Below the pieces are notes generated by a model. That model ran no database searches and had not been told where the DNA came from. It saw nothing but the letters and a program-made list of their open reading frames with translations. Shown here in pieces: positions 11,201 to 22,044 of a stretch of 64,000 nucleotides of DNA; the first letter of the stretch is position 1, and every line of letters starts with the position of its first letter. The DNA comes from Cyanophora paradoxa CCMP329. Taxonomy: Eukaryota; Plantae; Glaucophyta. A program made the position numbers and the translations under genes. Location of the stretch: positions 1 to 64,000 of the forward strand of contig QPMI01000284.1 in assembly GCA_004431415.1 (NCBI GenBank), written 5' to 3'.

Positions 11201-14200
11201 CCTGCACGCCCCGGCCTCGGGCCTCGGGCTCGACGCCGTGCGCGGCGTCGCCGGCATCGAGGCGCGCGTGAGGGAGCACCTCGGCCCGGGCGCCCGCCCG
11301 CCCTTCCTCGAGCGCTCCCGGCCCCTCTTCGACCTCGGCAACAAGGTCCGTCTGCCCGCTTGCGTCGCTCGAGCCGCTTGCGGAGGCGCTGTGCAGTTCG
11401 CGCGGCGGGCGGCGGACGTGGCGGCGATGCCGGTTGCGGACCTCGCCTCCGCCCCCTCGAACCCCTACTTCCGCTTCGTCGTCGACGCCGGGCCCCGCGT
11501 GCCTGCCCCGCCCTCGCCTCCAGCCTGCCCGCCCCCGCCTCGCCCGAGAGCGCCGCCAGGCGGTGACCGAGGCGTTCGGGGCGGCGGTGGAGCTGGTGGT
11601 GCGGGGGGCGGCGGTGCGGGCGTGGCGGGAGGCCCTGCTGCTCGCTGCGGCGGCCCTGGCTGCCTGCCTCGCGCTGGCGGCCGTGCGGCGGCACCTGGTG
11701 CGGCCCCTCGTCGCCGGCCTCGAGCAGGAGCGCCGCACCGCCCTCTCCCTCTTCCTCTCCATCCCCCGCCCCGAGTCCGCGCCGCGCGCGCCTCTGGCCC
11801 CCGGGCCCCTCCGGCCCGGCTCGCCTCACGGGGCCGCAGGATGGCGCGGCTGGTGGAGTCGCTGGAGGCGGCGCTGCGGGCGCTGGAGGCCGACCTGCGC
11901 GCCTCGGCCCCCGCCGACGAGGCGGACGAGGGCGACGAGACCGATGCCGAGGCCGACCCCGAGCCGCCGGCCTCGGGGGGCCACGCGCAGGCCACACCCC
12001 CGCCCCGACGACCCCGCCGCCACGCCTCCCGCCCGGCCCCGCCCCTCGCACCCCGGCCCTCTCCACCGATTCAGACGTGAGAACTAAGCTGTGCTCTCGC
12101 CCGCCTTCCTGGGCCGCACCGATCGCCGCGCAGGAGGAGGCGCGGCGGCGCGGGAGCGCCGCTGGAGGAGGGCGGCGGGGCTCGACGGAGCGGGCGCTGC
12201 TGGGGAGCGGCCCGCGTGGCGGCCGGCGGCCCCGGCGCCCTCGGCGGGGGCCCTCTCGATCGAGCGGCGGAGCGCGCGGGCCTGCGGGTGGCCGGCGCCG
12301 TCCTCGCGCTCATCGCGGCCGCCACCCTCGCGCACGCCGCCTTCGCCTCCCTCCGCGGCGCCCGCGCCGTCGCCACCGTCGCCGCCGCCTCCCAGCGGTG
12401 CCCGCCCCGCCCGCCCGCCCTGCACGCCGGCGGCGACGGCGGCGCAGGGCGGCGACGGCGGGGCGGCTGCACATGCTCGCGGTCGAGCTCGCTGCCTTCG
12501 ACGCCGCCTCATGGCCTGCCGGCCCCGAGGAGCTCCGCCTCGAGCTCGCCCGCGCCCTCGCCCCCTGGAGGCCGCCGCCCCGCGCTCGCCCCCGCGCTGG
12601 CGCGCAACGCTGCCCTCCGGCCGCTGCTCTTCGGCCGCTCGCGGAGGCCCCGCCGGAGGGGCCGGGGCGGGCCCGCTGGCGGAGTACGCAGCCCTGGAGC
12701 CGCGCCTCTCCCGCCTCGCCGACGAGGCCGCCGCCCTCCTCGCCGCCCCAGGCACGCCCCGCGCCCGCGCCCCGCCCCGCCCCTCCACGTCGGCCTCGTC
12801 ACGTGGCGGGGCGCGCAGGGGCGGCGGGGAGCCTCGGGGACGGCCGCTTCCGCACCGTGAACGAGATGGCGCCCGCGGTGGGCGAGCAGCTGCAGGCGGC
12901 GGCGGGGGCGGCCGAGGGGGAGGCGGGGCGGGAGCTGCGCCGGGCGCTGGCCGTGCAGGGCGGCCTCTTCCAGCTCTTCGCGGCGGCGGCGCTCTGCTGC
13001 TTCTGCTTCTCGCTGCTGCCGTTCCTGCAGCGGCTGCAGGGGGAGGGGGAGACGACGCTCTCGCTGCTGACGATGATCCCCTTCGAGGTGCTCCAGAGCA
13101 ACGACCTCCTCCGCAAGTTCCTCTCCCGCTCCGACGTGCCCCCGCCCGCCCCCCGCCCCTCCGGCCCCGCCCCGAGCGCGAGCCTTGGGCAGAGCCTGGA
13201 GGCGGAGAGCGTCGACCGCGCCCTCGAGGAGTCCCGCCAGGAGGCCCGCGCCCCCGCCCGCCCCGCCCGCCCCGCCCCTGCGCCCCGCGGGGCCGCGAGG
13301 CGCGGCGCGGCAGACGCGGATGGTGATGGAGTCCGTCTTCGTCGCCATCCTCGTCGTCGACAGCGGCGGTCCGGGATCCCACCCCGAGAGACGCCCCTCC
13401 CCTCCATCCCCGCACTCCATTCGCCCACGCCCCCTCCCCGCAGGGAGCGTCCTCTCGGCGAACCGCGCCGCCGAGGCGACCTTCGGCTACTCGCAGAGCG
13501 AGCTCGTCGGGTGCGGCCCGCGCCGGCCGGCCCGCTCGACGCCGGGGGCCGCTGAGGGGGCCTCCCCTTCCCTCCGCGCAGGCTCCCCGTGGACCGCATC
13601 CTCCCGCCCCAGTCCCTCCCGGACTCGGGCGCCCCGCACTCGTGCCCGCGCACCCCGCGCCCCGCGCCCCGCCGCCTCGCCCGCAGGCCTCACGCAGGGC
13701 GCGCAGGGGCCTTCTCGTCGGGCGCCGCTACGAGCTCACGGGGGTGCGCAAGGAGGGGCAGGCCTTCGCTGCCGGCGTCGCCGTCACCGAGATGCGCCGG
13801 TGCGCCCGCGCCTGCCTCCGGCCCCGCCCGCGGCGCCGGCGGCGGCCGAGGGCGCCGCAGCGGTGAGCGGCTCTCGTACATCGCGTGCGTGGAGGACATC
13901 AGCGACCGGAAGGCGGCGGAGGCGGCGCTGCGGGCGTCGGAGGAGCGGACGCGCTCCATCCTGCAGGCGGCGCAGGACGGCATCGTCACCGCCGACGCCC
14001 GCGGCATCGTCTTCCAGGCCAACGCCGCCGCGCACGCCATGTTCGGCTACCCCGAGGGGGGCCTCCTGGGGGAGCCCCTCTCCCGCGTCGTCCCCGCCCT
14101 CGGCGCGGGGGCGCCCCTCGGCGAGGCCCTCGCCGCCGCCGTCGGCGCGCCCCGGCAGCTCCCCGGCCGCCGCCGCAACGGCGACTCCTTCCCCCTCGAG

Positions 14201-17200
14201 CTCGCCCTCTCCGCCTTCCTCTCGCCGGTGCGCAGGGCCGCCCGCCCCCCCTGCGACGCCGAGCGGGGCGGGGGCAGGGGGCCGCGGGGCGGGCCTACAC
14301 GGCCGTCCTGCGCGACGTCTCCGAGCGCCTCCGCTCCGAGGCCGCCATCCGGTGCCGCCCCCGCCCCGCCGCCCCGCGGGGCCGGGACGAGGGGGCGGGG
14401 GCGGTGCAGGGAGGCGGCGCGGCAGGCGCAGGCGTCGAACGACGCGAAGCGCTCATTTTTGGCGAACATCTCGCACGAGATCCGGACGCCGCTCAACGGG
14501 ATCATCGGGATGTCGCAGCTGCTGCTGGAGACGCGGCTCGAGGGGGAGCAGCGGGAGTTCGCGGGGGTCATCCAGTCGTGCGCCACCTCGCTCCTCGGCA
14601 TCGTCAACGACGTCCTCGACTTCTCCAAGGCGCGCCCCGCCCCCCGCAAGTCCCTCCCGCCCTCGTTTCTCCTGATCGCGGCGCCAGATCGAGGCGGGTA
14701 AGCTGGAGCTGGAGAACATCGGTGCCGCCGCCCGCACGCCCTCCTCCAGTGCCGTCTCCTCCTTTTCGACCCGGTCCCCTCGCAGAGTTCTCGCTCTCGT
14801 CGACGCTGGAGCACATTATGGACTGCATCTCGCTGCAGGCGGGACCCCGCTCCCGATCTCCTCCTCCTGCTCGCCAGGGCACGCGAGGGCCTCGAGCGGG
14901 CCGGCGCAGGTTTTCCAGAAGGGATTGGACGCGTACTGCCTGTGCGACGCCGGCGTGCCCGTGAACCTCCGCGGGGACCCCCAGCGCTTGTCCCAGATCC
15001 TGCTCAACTTCCTCAGCAACTCGTTGAAGTTCACGGTCCGCGCCGCGCCCTCCTCCCCCCGCCCCTTCGCACTGGTTCGAGCGGGGCGGGGTGGCAGAAG
15101 CGGGGCCACATCGCGCTGACGGTGCACGAGGAGCGGCGCGAGGGGGACGCCGCCGTGCTGCTCTTCCGCTGCTCCGACTCGGGGCCCGGCATCAAGGCCG
15201 AGGACCGCCAGAAGCTCTTCGTCCGGTCCCTCCTCCCCGCCCCCCATGTCTTCGCCTCTCGCGGCCCCCTGATGACGGCGGCGCGGCAGCTTCTCGCAGG
15301 TCGACTCGTCCGCCTCGCGCCGCCACGAGGGCACCGGCCTCGGGGTGCGCTGCTTCGACGTTCCCCGTGCGCGCGGCCTGCCGTGAACGCGTCGGGGCAG
15401 CTGGCGATCTCCAAGGAGCTGGCCGTGCTGATGGGGGGCGACATGGGCTGCGACTCCTTCTACGGCGAGGGGAGCGTCTTCTGGTTCACCGCCCGCTTCG
15501 CCGTCGTCGCCCCGGGCTGCGCCCTCGCCCCGCTTGCCGAGCTCGGGGCCCCCGCCGAGCCGGCGTGCGAGCCGTCGCCCGTCCCCGGCCTCGAGGCGGC
15601 CGTCCTGCACCCGCACCCGCACGTCGCCGCCCTAATCCGCGCCTTCCTCGCCTCCCTCGGCATCCCTGCCGCGCCCGCCCCGCCGGGCCCCCCCGAGGAC
15701 CTCCCCCGCGCCCTCGCCGCCCTCGTCGCCCAGGCCCCGCCGCCCGCCTCGCGCCGCGCCCTCGTCGCCCTCGTCGACCCGCCGGCCGACCTCGCCCCCG
15801 CCCTCGCCGCCGACCTCGCGCGCGCCTGCGCCGGCCCCCCGGGCGCGCCCCGCCTCGCCGGCATCCTCGCGGCGCCGGCGCTGCAGGACGTGCGGCCGCT
15901 GCACCGGACGATGGCGGCGGCGGCGGCGGCGGCCGCCGTCCTCCGCAAGCCCCTCACCTCGGAGAAGCTGCGCGCCGCCCTCGTCGACGCCGTCCGCCTT
16001 GCCCGCGACGCCGCCGCCCCCGCGCCCCGACCCCGCCCCGCCCCGCCCCCGCGCGACGTCCTCATCGCCGCCGCCGACGACGAGGAGGAGGATGCGGCGT
16101 CGCCCGGCCTGGAGCCGGCGCAGCTCGAGCTCGCGCCGGGCGCCCATGCCTGCTCGCCGCGGCGCGGCTGCGGGCCGCTCCCCGCGGGGGCCTTCCGGAG
16201 CCCCGCGGCACGCGCCGCGATGGAGTCCCTCGCCGACGCCTCCCGCCGCGACTGCGCCCGCGGCGCCGCCGCCGCCGCAACCGCCGCCGCGGCGGCCCGC
16301 CTCGGCGCCGCCCCGGGCCCCGCGGCGCCCACGGCGGGGGGAGAGGCGGGGCGGGGCGGGACGGGCCGGGGAGGAGGTGCCACCCGTGGACGTCGCCCGC
16401 GCCGGCGCCTTCCGCACCGGCGGAGGCTCGCCCATGCGTCCGCCCCGGCGCCCCCGCTGCCCCGCCCCGCCTCTCTCACCCGAGCCGCAGTCCTCGCCGA
16501 CTCGCACGCGGCGGCGGCGCCGCAGATGCCGCACCCGTCGCCGCCCTCGGCGCGCTCGGCGCGCTCGAGCAGCGACGGGACGCCCGAGGAGGCGGGGCGG
16601 AGCGTGGGCCACGCCGCGGGCGGCTACGGCGCCCTCTCCCAGGGGTCGCGGCCGGCAAGCGGGGAGGGCGGGGCGGGCGGGGCGGGGGCGACCGAGGGCC
16701 TCCGCGTGCTCCTCGCGGAGGACAACAAGATCAACGCGAAGGCGCGCCCCTCGCCCTCCCCCACGCGCCCGCGCCCCTCGAGCCGCCGGCGCCGACGCTG
16801 GGAGGCGGGCAGATCGCGCGGCTGATGCTGGAGAAGCTGGGGATCGGGGTGGCGGTGGCGGAGAACGGGGCGCAGGCGGTGCGGGCCTTCCTCGAGGAGG
16901 GCCCCTGGGACCTCGTCCTCATGGACTGCTCCATGCCCGTCCTCGACGGGCCCGCCCCCCGCCCGCCCCCGAGCCGGCCCCGCGCCCCCTCCGACCCTAC
17001 CCGCAGGTACGCGGCGTCGCGGCAGATCCGGGAGAGGGAGGCCGAGCTCGGCGCCCCCCGCACCCCCATCATCGCCCTCACGCACGCCCCGTCCCCGCCC
17101 CCGCCCGCCCGCCCCGGCCCCGGCCGCAGCGCTGACGCCGGTCGGCAGGGCGCATGCCTCGCAGGAGGACCGCAAGAAGTGCCTCGAGGCGTGCATGGAC

Positions 17201-17481
17201 GGTGCGTCGGCCGGCGCGGGCCTTGCGCGGTGGCGCTCTGACCCTCCGCAGACTTTCTCACCAAGCCCGTCCTAAAGGAGACGATGCGCTCGATGATCGT
17301 CCAGTGGGCGCCCCGCAGGGGCCCCGGCCCCGAACCCGGCCCCACCCCCCCCGAGCCGGCCCCCGCGCACCCGCAGCGGGGCCTCGGCTCTCTCGGCGCC
17401 CTCCCCGCCGCCAGCCCCTCCGCGCAGGCCGAGCCGCCCGCCGCCCGTCCCGGCACCCCGATGGAGATCCACGAGGACTAG
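8204..17481 (+). CDS. Large multi-TM TmcB-like sensor fused to PAS-PAS, HisKA, HATPase, pseudo-receiver and receiver domains (hybrid histidine kinase)
   Basis: H-box [22 protein letters not shown]; N-box [14 protein letters not shown]; G1 DSGPGI; G2 HEGTGLG|LAISKEL; receiver [26 protein letters not shown]|Y..IIALTAH..DFLTKP; two PAS domains ([23 protein letters not shown]). Upstream: TM segments, TPR-like blocks ([23 protein letters not shown]) and [25 protein letters not shown]. The kinase part is firm; the single-gene model for the 5' half is less so. Confidence 0.8.
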
Positions 17482-18026
17482 ATATATAGCACGCTCGCGT
17501 GGGCGGCGGTAGCGCTGCCGGTGCAGCCGCTCCGTCAAGCAGATCGCGATCGAGCGCTCTTGTAGAAAGGTTGCTAAGACGGCTTATTCTCGCGATCGTT
17601 TATCGAGACAAGCAGACTTGCCCGCCACCTGTAATTTGGGCCTCGTAGGGAAGAAGGAAAAGGACAAGAAAAGGAAGCATGTTAGCGATGTCCTCTTGCA
17701 TTTGTACAATTTAGTCGTCGGCATGCACACGTGAACGCATAGCTGTGCGAATGCGACCCTTCGCATTGCAGCCGCCCCGAAAGCCCCCGCGGACGACATC
17801 CCTCGCGACCGCGCCAAACGTCCCGTGCCTAGCCGGTGATCCAGAGAGCCGCTGCCGCTCAATCCTGACCCAGCAGAGGAGCCCAGAGCACACGCTGCTG
17901 CCCCAACGGCGCGCGCGCGTAATGATGAGACGGGATCCCATTGATTGACATCGAATGGGAGGCAGGTGAGCAGTGTTGACAGAGCACGATCGAGAGCGGC
18001 GGCAGTCCACTCGAGAGCGGTAGAGC

Positions 18027-18860
18027 TTACGAGCTGGCGGCGGTGGCGCCCGAGGTGAGGCGCGCCTTCGACGCCTTCTTGGTCTTCTTCTTGCCCTCCT
18101 CCTCGGCCTTCTTCACCGGCTTGTCCTTCTCGGTGAGGATGAGCTCAATGTGAGCGGGGCACGCCATGTACGCTGCGCAATACGGGCAAACCCCGCCCGC
18201 ACGTCAGCGACGCGAGGGGATGACCGCGGCACGCCGGCCGGCCGCAAGTCAGGCCGGGACGCGTGGGGCAGCGCACGGTTGATGCGGCCGTGCGCGCGGT
18301 AGGTGCGGCGACGCTGCTTCTGCGCCTGGTTGACCTGGATGTGGGAGACGGCGAGGCTCTCGACGTCGAGGCCCTTGACCTGCGCAGGGACCCGCTCACG
18401 CTCTGCTCCAGCGCAGCTAACGATCGCCAATGCCGCCCACCTCGGCGTTGCTCTCGGCGTTCTTCAGGAGGCCAAGAAGGAACTCAGCCGACTTCTTGGG
18501 CCACCGGCCCTGAGTCGCGCCGAACTGCTTCGCCTGAGCGCAGCGGCCGACACCGCCGTTGTAGCGACGGAAGGGGACAGCCTGCTTCTTCTCGATGACG
18601 TCCTCGAGGAACTTCTGAGCCTTCTTCAGGCCCATGCCGCGGATCGCGAACGCGGTCTCGCGGGTGTTCTGCGTAGATCGCGGCAAGTCAGCTACGGAGG
18701 CGAGGACCGCGGCAGGACCGGCGTGACCTTGAAGTGAACACGGAGCTCAGAGCCCCGCGCCTTGCAGGCTGGGAGCGCATGCGTGAGAGGTGCAACAATG
18801 CGGGAGGGCGGTGGCCGTACACTTCGCCGGATTCTCGGGCTCCTTCGAGTACTTAACCAT
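18027..18860 (-). CDS. RPL17: 60S ribosomal protein L17 (uL22), 5 exons
   Basis: [13 protein letters not shown]|[13 protein letters not shown]|[35 protein letters not shown]|[18 protein letters not shown]|[13 protein letters not shown]; four GT-AG introns. Confidence 0.98.
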
Positions 18861-19406
18861 CTTGCCTGCCTGCCTGCACCCCGCTTAGCCCCGAATGGTG
18901 CAAGAGATGCCGATCCCGAACCTTTTACTGCGTACCCCACGGAAAAAAACCGAGTCGGCATCTTCCGACGCCACTGGGCGCGTCGATTGCGTTCCGGTAG
19001 CGTTACAGCTACGAGCGCGTACGTGGAGCCTCAGCGCAGAGTTCTCCCCCCTTGCGCGCAGCTTTGTGAGCAAGCCAGCGTTCGCCCCCCTCAGCTCCTC
19101 GGCTGTCCCCCGATATCAATTCCAGAAGCAGCTGCAGGCAGGCGCCGGCGCGCCTATATCTAGCTATAGGCTTCAAGACCTTCGGCGCGAGCACGCTTAC
19201 GACGTCGACGAGGAAGTCTCCCAAGTTTCAAGTCCATCGAAAAGCTCCAGCGAGTGCATACGCACGAGCTGTAGTACTAGAACTGTGGCATGTTCGAATT
19301 ACACATCGACGACGCCCTGCTGCCGCTGTGGGGCAGCCTGCACATGCTATGGTACAATCTAAAGTACATATTTGCGAGCGGAGGGGCCTGCTCGAGGCGA
19401 TTGCGG

Positions 19407-21800
19407 CTAGGCGGCTGGCGGGTCGGGCGGCGGGGCGTCGACGTCGGGGCCGCTTGCGGGCGGGGTGCGGTAGGGGGCGGCCTCGCGGAGGAACTCGATG
19501 GTGAGGTCCACCTCGTCGGCCTCCATCTTCACAAATCTGCCCGAGCGCGCCCCCTCGAGCTTCCTCCTCGAGTTCCGCCCCGGGGGAGGGGCCGCGGCCG
19601 GACTGTGGGCACCTTTCGACGGCGGAGCGGAGCGGGGCGCTCGTGAGGTAGTGCAGCGAGTGCGTCGCCCTCGGCTCGAAGCCGCGCACGAACTGCTCGC
19701 CCCCTCAGGGGGCCGCCAGGGGCGCAGGGCGCGGCCCGGCGGAGCGGGGGGCGGGGCGGCCGCGTGCCTTGTGGTTCTGGGACTCGCCGCCGGCGCCGGG
19801 CTCCATGCGGGCCACGCCGGCCCCGATGCAGTGCTCGATCGAAGCGTAGTAGCACGCCTCGAAATGTAGGTTCTGATGACCGCGTTAGCGCTCCAAATCT
19901 ACGTGTTAGCGCTCGCTTCTGCCTAAGGCTGCCACGCGCACCTTGATCTCCTCGTAGGCGCCCCAGTAGCGGCCTGCGCGGCGGCTCGGACGGGAGGGCG
20001 GGGCGGGCGGGCGGGGCGGGGCGGGCCGTAGAGGACGCCGGCCTTGGAGAAGTTGACGGTGCCGGCGATGACCTCGCCGTCCCGCCGCGCCCGCAGGAAC
20101 CGCACGTTGTGCCGGAAGCGCTCGTGCAGCAGCTCGAAGAAGCGCCGGCTCAGGTACTGCCGGCCCCATTGCTGCGCCCCGCGTCAGAGGCGGCGAGGGA
20201 CGAGGAGGGGGATGCAGGGGCGCGCCTTCGCGACGGTCGTTCGGTAGAGCCTGCGGGGAGACGTGCGGCGCGGGAGTAAGTATCAGAGACCAGGAAAATT
20301 CGAGCGCACCCCCTCCCCCCGCAGAAGCAGACGCGGGTACCGGTACATCTCGTCGAAGTCGGCGGGGGTGAGGTCGTCCCCCCCGAGGACGTCGATCTCG
20401 ATGCCGGCCTCGGCCACCGACCGCCGCTCCCGCTTCACCGCGATCCGCTTCTTGCTCTTGTACGTCCCGAGGTAGTCTGCCGCGGAGCTGCGGCGGGGGC
20501 GCCGGGCGAGGGGAGGGGCGTCGAGGGGCGCGCACCGTCGAAGGTCTCGTAGCTGCGGTTGTGCCAGTGGTACTGGATGCCCTGCCGGTGGAGAAAGCCG
20601 GCGGCCTCGAGCGGCTCGATCTCGTCCTGCGCCGCCCGTCAGCCGAGCGAGCCTCGGGGCGCAGCGGCCGGGGCGGGGCGGGGCGGGGCGGGGCGGGGTC
20701 GCCTCCTCGCAGAAGTTGACGTGCACGCCCGACATCCCGTTCGACTCGCACGCCTGCGCCCCCCCGCCGCCTCGTCCCGCGCGCCGGGCGCCGCGCGGGC
20801 CGGCGCGGCGGGGCCGCACGTGACGCAGGGCCACCGCGACGAGCTTCAAGAACGCGGGGCGATCGACCTAGGGCCCGGCTCCGGGTGTCAGTCCCTCCTC
20901 GCGGGGCCCGAGGAGGGGGCGGCGGCGCACCTCGGGGTGCGTGAGGATGCGGCGGGCGGCCTGCAGAGGGCGGTGAGGGGCCGCAGAGAAGGGCAGAGGG
21001 GGGGTGGTGCGGGGCGCGCACGTGGGGGGTGAAGGGGACGCCGACGAGGAGCTTCGGGTAGTACTCGACCCCGAGCTGGTAGACCGCCGCCTGCGCCCAC
21101 ATTTGGTCGAACACGAACTCCCCTGCGCCCCCCGCGTCGGCGCCGGGGAGCAAGGGGCGGGGCGGGGCGGAGGCCAAGGGTCGCCGAGTCGTTGACCTTG
21201 TGAGTGCATCTTCGCGTACATGGGACAAGCGGCGACGAGGCGGCCGCCCTTCTTCTCGCGCACGAGCAGGTGGTTGGGGCTCCAGCCCGTGCGCGGCTCG
21301 GCGCAGCCGGCCTCCTCCAGCGAGAGCAAGAACGAGTGCTCGAGGAAGCAGGAGCCCTGGGGGCCGACCATCACGTCCCACTCCGCGGCAGCCACGTCGC
21401 CCATGGCATTGACCACGCCTATCTCGTACGCGTCGACGTCGATGCCGAGGCCGCCCTCTTCCGCCTTGGCCGGCTTTAAACGCGCCTCGTCCACCGCCGC
21501 CGCAGCTTCCTCCACCTTAGCGCGCCTTATTTCATCGGACGCCGACGCTGTGGCTTTCTGCTCCTTCCGCCCGGCGTCGGCCGAACAGACCAGCACGCGG
21601 CGGACGGCCAGCGGCGCGCTCGCGGTCGGCAGGCGCGCCGATGCCAGCGCTGCGCTGAAGCTGAGCGCTGTGCGCCTCCGTGCCGTCGAGGCGCGCAGGG
21701 CCCGGCTCGCTGGAGCCGCTGGAGCCGACGCCGCCGTCGCGCGGACGACGGCATGCCCACGGGCCAGCGCCGGCGCCGGCGCGACGGTCACGAACGCCAT
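19407..21800 (-). CDS. Plastid-targeted FemAB-like / DUF482 GNAT-fold protein (multi-exon)
   Basis: Transit peptide MAFVTVAPAP..; FLEHSFLLSLEEAGC..GWSPNHL, PMYAKMHSQG|EFVFDQMWA, YYPKLLVGVPFTP, GVHVNF, IQYHWHNRSYETFD, YWGAYEEIK|NLHFEACYY, MEPGAGG, RGFEP. Confidence 0.88.
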
Positions 21801-22044
21801 CTAGACTACAGCTATAGCGATAGCCCGCCGCCACCGGTAGCACCGCTCTGTCCGCGCGCCTTGTTCCCCCTTCACTCCTTCCCCCACTCCGTTCCTCCCC
21901 CCGCCCAGTATTTCCCCCCCTGCGATCTCCAGGGCGCGACGTCGACGAGCGCATGCGGGCCGCACTGTCGGATCGTGCAGCAGGTTGCAAAGAGGAAAGG
22001 GTTCCAAAAGAAGAGGGCGGGAGTGGGGGGGAGCGGGGCGGGGG

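Noticed and set aside
17915-18000. ATGATGA C-box-like motif downstream of RPL17 (possible snoRNA)
   Set aside because: No matching D box (CTGA) or terminal stem at a suitable distance.
18895-19362. 155-aa plus-strand ORF next to RPL17
   Set aside because: No recognisable motif or splice support; lies in the RPL17 promoter and the 3' region of the GNAT gene.
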